The notes under the pieces are model-generated. The model made no database searches and was not told the DNA's origin. It saw nothing but the letters and a program-made list of their open reading frames with translations. From Paraspadella gotoi (lineage: Eukaryota; Animalia; Chaetognatha): a DNA stretch of 9,767 bases. How positions within the stretch are numbered: the stretch's first letter is position 1; each line of letters begins with the position of its first letter. The DNA lies in the NCBI GenBank assembly GCA_051294375.1, contig JBJCIZ010001058.1, positions 2,255 to 12,021 of the forward strand. Reading direction: 5' to 3'. The position numbers and the translations under genes are program-made. Below are positions 6,516 through 9,767 of this stretch, one piece after another.

Positions 6516-6749
6516 AAAATTTTTAGGGGCCAGCTCATTTTGAGCTCTTTCGTACTCTTAAATTTCATTCTAATCATTTACTGAACACTTAAAATTCCAT
6601 CATTTATTTTCACAAATCTTCATTTATTTTCACTTCTATCCCTTAAACTATTTATCATTAGACAATGGGTTTTAAATTTCACTAATTCTTAGTTATCCAA
6701 AGATTGTATCTAGTGCACAATGTATCATTTTATAAACCTTATTTATTTT

Positions 6750-7030
6750 ATCCCTGTTCTCTCTTTCTCTCTCTCTCTCTCTCTCGTCTCTCTAAGTTTC
6801 ACTTCTTTCCACAACTATTCAATCTGCCTCAACCTTAACCTCTCAATCTGACACTATTCTGTTTCACCACTTGTTGTGAAAAACTTGTACCCTGATTCTC
6901 TTCTCTCTCTCTTCTTATGCCAAATGTCTTAACATCTGTCAAAACGCTGATGGAAGGCTTGTTTAAAACAAGTCGACTATGGGTCTGGCCCTTTCAACTA
7001 TAAATAAAATTCGTTGCAAACCAAAAACTT
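6750..7030 (+). mobile_element. Penelope-like element terminal fragment, copy B
   Basis: Colinear with the reverse complement of 2155-2445. It has (CT)n tracts, a hammerhead-like motif, AATAAA at 7003-7008 and TCGTTGCAAA. It may extend upstream to ~6545. Confidence 0.62.
6944..6988 (+). ncRNA. Minimal type I hammerhead ribozyme-like motif (degenerate), copy B
   Basis: acg CTGATG(G)A A GGCTTGTT TAA AACAAGTC GA--C TATGG GTC tg: one extra G in the core, an 8-bp stem II, GAAAC reduced to GAC, and a GTC triplet. Confidence 0.55.
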
Positions 7031-7870
7031 TTTAAAAAATGAATTATACTTTGTGAACAACTTTATTTATGAGCCTATCTGAATCTGGCTCTTAAAATTT
7101 AAAAATTTTTAAAAAAAAATTTGCGTCTATTCCTACTATAGATAAATATTAAAAAATTTTTCTAGGTATAGAGCCATATAAGACATTTTTTTGTCCATTT
7201 AAAGTATACTTAAAATGTATAAATTTTCGTTTGAGACATGATACTACACCTTTAAAATTCTTTGACTCACCCCATTGAGTGCGGCCACCCCTCCTTAACA
7301 TAGAGTTTTATCGCTACCGGAAATGTAAAATTTTGTTTAATGAATGATCCAAACTGACTTTTGTTAGAGCTATCGTACTGTTATCTCGTCCGCTACGTAT
7401 CGCGCGTCCTTGCTGTTATCGAACGAAGACGCAATGAAACTTTTTCCTTTTTCCAAGTTCGCATGACACAATATTTCTCCATTGCCCAGGTTGGAATTCT
7501 CCGCATATCTGGTATTGGTGCTGATATGTGTAGACTTCTCGTTATTAAATCCTTATCCTTGTAATAGTAATCGGCCTACATTATTACAGTTTACAACGCT
7601 ACGTACTTCGTTTGATATTCATCGAGGCAAGTGCATAGATAGCATAACATAGCAAAGCTTTAAATCAATACACTATCACAGTCACGTACACCGGGATCTC
7701 AAATGGGAGTGAAATGCAAGAGTTGTTATTATAAACTCTTTAATGAGACTGTGATTACATATTTGTTCTGAGGCGACTTACCACCGGTCTCTTCTCTGAA
7801 ACCCTATTTTCTTTTTTTCCTCTCTCCTCTTTTCTCCGGAGCCGTCGTATCCACATTTGTCACTTTCTTG

Positions 7871-7993
7871 CCCTTAGCTTTGGCAATGACCTTAGGATTT
7901 GACCGGGACACAGATAATTAGGGCTGGAGGCGACCGTAAGTCAAGTTGGTCCGGGCGATTGATAAATTGGATCAGGAAGAGAGCTCGTCTCAC
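7871..7993 (+). repeat. Partial (~120 bp) copy of the LTR-like segment at 8539-8671
   Basis: GCAATGACCTTAG..TTGACCGG..CACAG...GTCAAGTTGGTCCGGGCG...TGGATCAGGA.GAGAGCTCGT.CTCAC is shared by both. Confidence 0.88.
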
Positions 7994-8466
7994 AATACCA
8001 TCAGGTCTGGGTTCTGGAAGGACTAGATATAAATTGTATTAGGATGATTTAAGATCTAACTTATCACCCCCTGTTCATTCGCGAGATCCGTGATTGGTTA
8101 GAAACCGGATTATCCAGCACTTATCACAAATCATCACCCAGTTTGGGTCACTGTTACGATTAATCAAACTTGCCTGAACAAGCAAGTAATCATCAAACAG
8201 CTGGTTTTTTCCCATTTAACAAGCTGCTTAACCAGCAAGGCAAATCAATTCATACACTTTTGACCAAACAAATCATTTTTCCTATCTCCCCTAACTTCCA
8301 TTTTTGTAAAGTTTCTTCCCAACAATTTTTTTTTTTTTGGGAGATTATATATGTAAATTTTTATATTGTAGAAGACAAACCCCTTTTTTGGTGGGTCCCC
8401 CAATTGTTTCCTCCTTCAGACCTTATTGTTTGCCCAAAATAATATTCCCCAAGGGGGATACAATAT

Positions 8467-9086
8467 TGTAAGTACTTATGTTCCTTAACTAGCTAGTACA
8501 AGTCACCTCAAACTGTTAAATAGCGGGCAGTTCGAAACCCCTTAAGGTCCTTGAGCAATGACCTTAGATTGACCGGACCACAGTAATTTACTAATAGGGC
8601 CGAGCCGACCCGTAAGGTCAAGTTGGTCCGGGCGCGATATAAAAGTGGATCAGGAGAGAGCTCGTTCTCACTTCTTTTCTACTTTCTCTTATATCGTCAC
8701 AATTCTTCACCTGTCTCCTCACTTTTATTATTACTATTTTTCGTCTTCTACAGTCATTTCCGATTAGTTGGAAAAAGTCATTGAGTCTTATGTTCCTACT
8801 CTCAAGTTCTGAGCAAACGGCGGAATGTCGCATCTGTGCTCACGATCGATTACGAGTAATAAATATTATTTAATTTAATAATTAATTGAATATTAATTCA
8901 AATGTTAATTAATTATTTAATAATAATTAATTAATTTTTTCAAGTTAATTATTTAACTTAAGTTAGGCAATCAACCTACAAGTGTTCATACCCTGGGTGC
9001 TTCATCTTGGAACTATTGGCATTGCAGTTGTCAAAATCCCTCGTCGCCTGTTGGCACTACTCGGGGACCTAGCCACGATGTTCAGA
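8467..9086 (+). mobile_element. Probable solo LTR (~620 bp) of a third family
   Basis: Starts TGTAAG, with TATAAAAG at 8638-8645, then a pyrimidine-rich stretch, AATAAA at 8858-8863 and an end of ...TGTTCA(GA). AATAT lies on both sides (8462-8466, 9087-9091). Boundaries are uncertain in AT-rich DNA. Confidence 0.45.
8638..8645 (+). promoter_or_regulatory. TATA box within LTR-like repeat
   Basis: TATAAAAG in GC-rich context, ~30 nt upstream of an initiator-like TCACTT (8668-8673). Confidence 0.45.
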
Positions 9087-9767
9087 AATATTTAATTTAA
9101 CTAATATGAGTAGTTCTCTTAATCAAAACAGAAGTGAAAACAGTTAGAGACAACTCTTTTGGAAGTATTATGAATGACATTGAATGCATTTAATGATGTT
9201 GGGAAATAAATCATTTTATATCAGTCTTAGGGAGGTCATTAATATACCTATTAAAACTTATTTATTAGCCAAAACTATATTGACAATAAAATTAACTGGG
9301 CTTTTTCCCAACCGCGACACCTTTCTTTTCCATCATCGGTAGTATCTATTCTTGTTACTTGGGTTGCAAAATCTGACATAGCTGCCAATAACGAATAAAT
9401 TTAGCTCTCAGGAATTTTGATCACTTTCATTTCACTCCCATTTGAAATCCGTGTAATAATTCTCAGGAAGGCATTCTATACAATTAATGTATAAATACAT
9501 TACCCTTAAATACACCTAAATTGTTATAATATGATCATTACTTACGCGGGAATATACTGATTAGCAGGATCGATAACGCGGTTGAAGCAGAACTATAATT
9601 TGTATTTATTAATCCAACATAAAATTAAAAACTTTAATAAAATATGATCTTTTGTTCATTTTTATTCTTTATTTGAAAAAAAGATAAAGCTTTAAACATA
9701 TTTACATTGACATAAATTACATTCAAAAAACTGTCTTTTTCCTATTAAATAAAAAAATATTTAAAAA

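Noticed and set aside
8451-8487. AGGGGGATACAATATT resembling the LTR end at ~4351, or a PPT
   Set aside because: The similarity is short and does not extend, and the purine run is separated from the putative LTR TG.
8857-8962. Palindromic TAATTAATTA-rich stretch
   Set aside because: Low-complexity AT sequence where self-complementarity is expected.

Overview
AT-rich, gene-poor eukaryotic DNA (probably an invertebrate, inferred only from repeat types), made almost entirely of nested retroelement and repeat debris. No intact protein-coding gene, rRNA, tRNA or CRISPR array is supported, and the supplied ORFs look spurious. Repeat copies differ mostly by 1-nt and homopolymer indels, which suggests error-rich, poorly polished sequence, so boundaries are approximate. 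Main contents: (1) a ~650-bp miniature LTR retrotransposon (TRIM; 912-1564, minus) with a tRNA-Trp-like PBS and a PPT, plus two more copies of its hairpin-rich LTR (3827-3997, 5577-5828); (2) a second ~1-kb non-autonomous LTR element (4348-5368, minus) whose internal part is a decayed Ty3/Gypsy integrase-like segment, with a homologous, strongly folded segment at ~1816-2095 (plus); (3) two inverted copies of a Penelope-like terminus, each with a degenerate minimal hammerhead ribozyme followed by AATAAA; (4) two copies of a repeat carrying a ~20-bp minisatellite, possibly Helentron/DINE-1-like, each next to a minus-strand splice-acceptor-like site; (5) a probable solo LTR at ~8467-9086 with a partial copy at 7871-7993. 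All alignments were made by eye.
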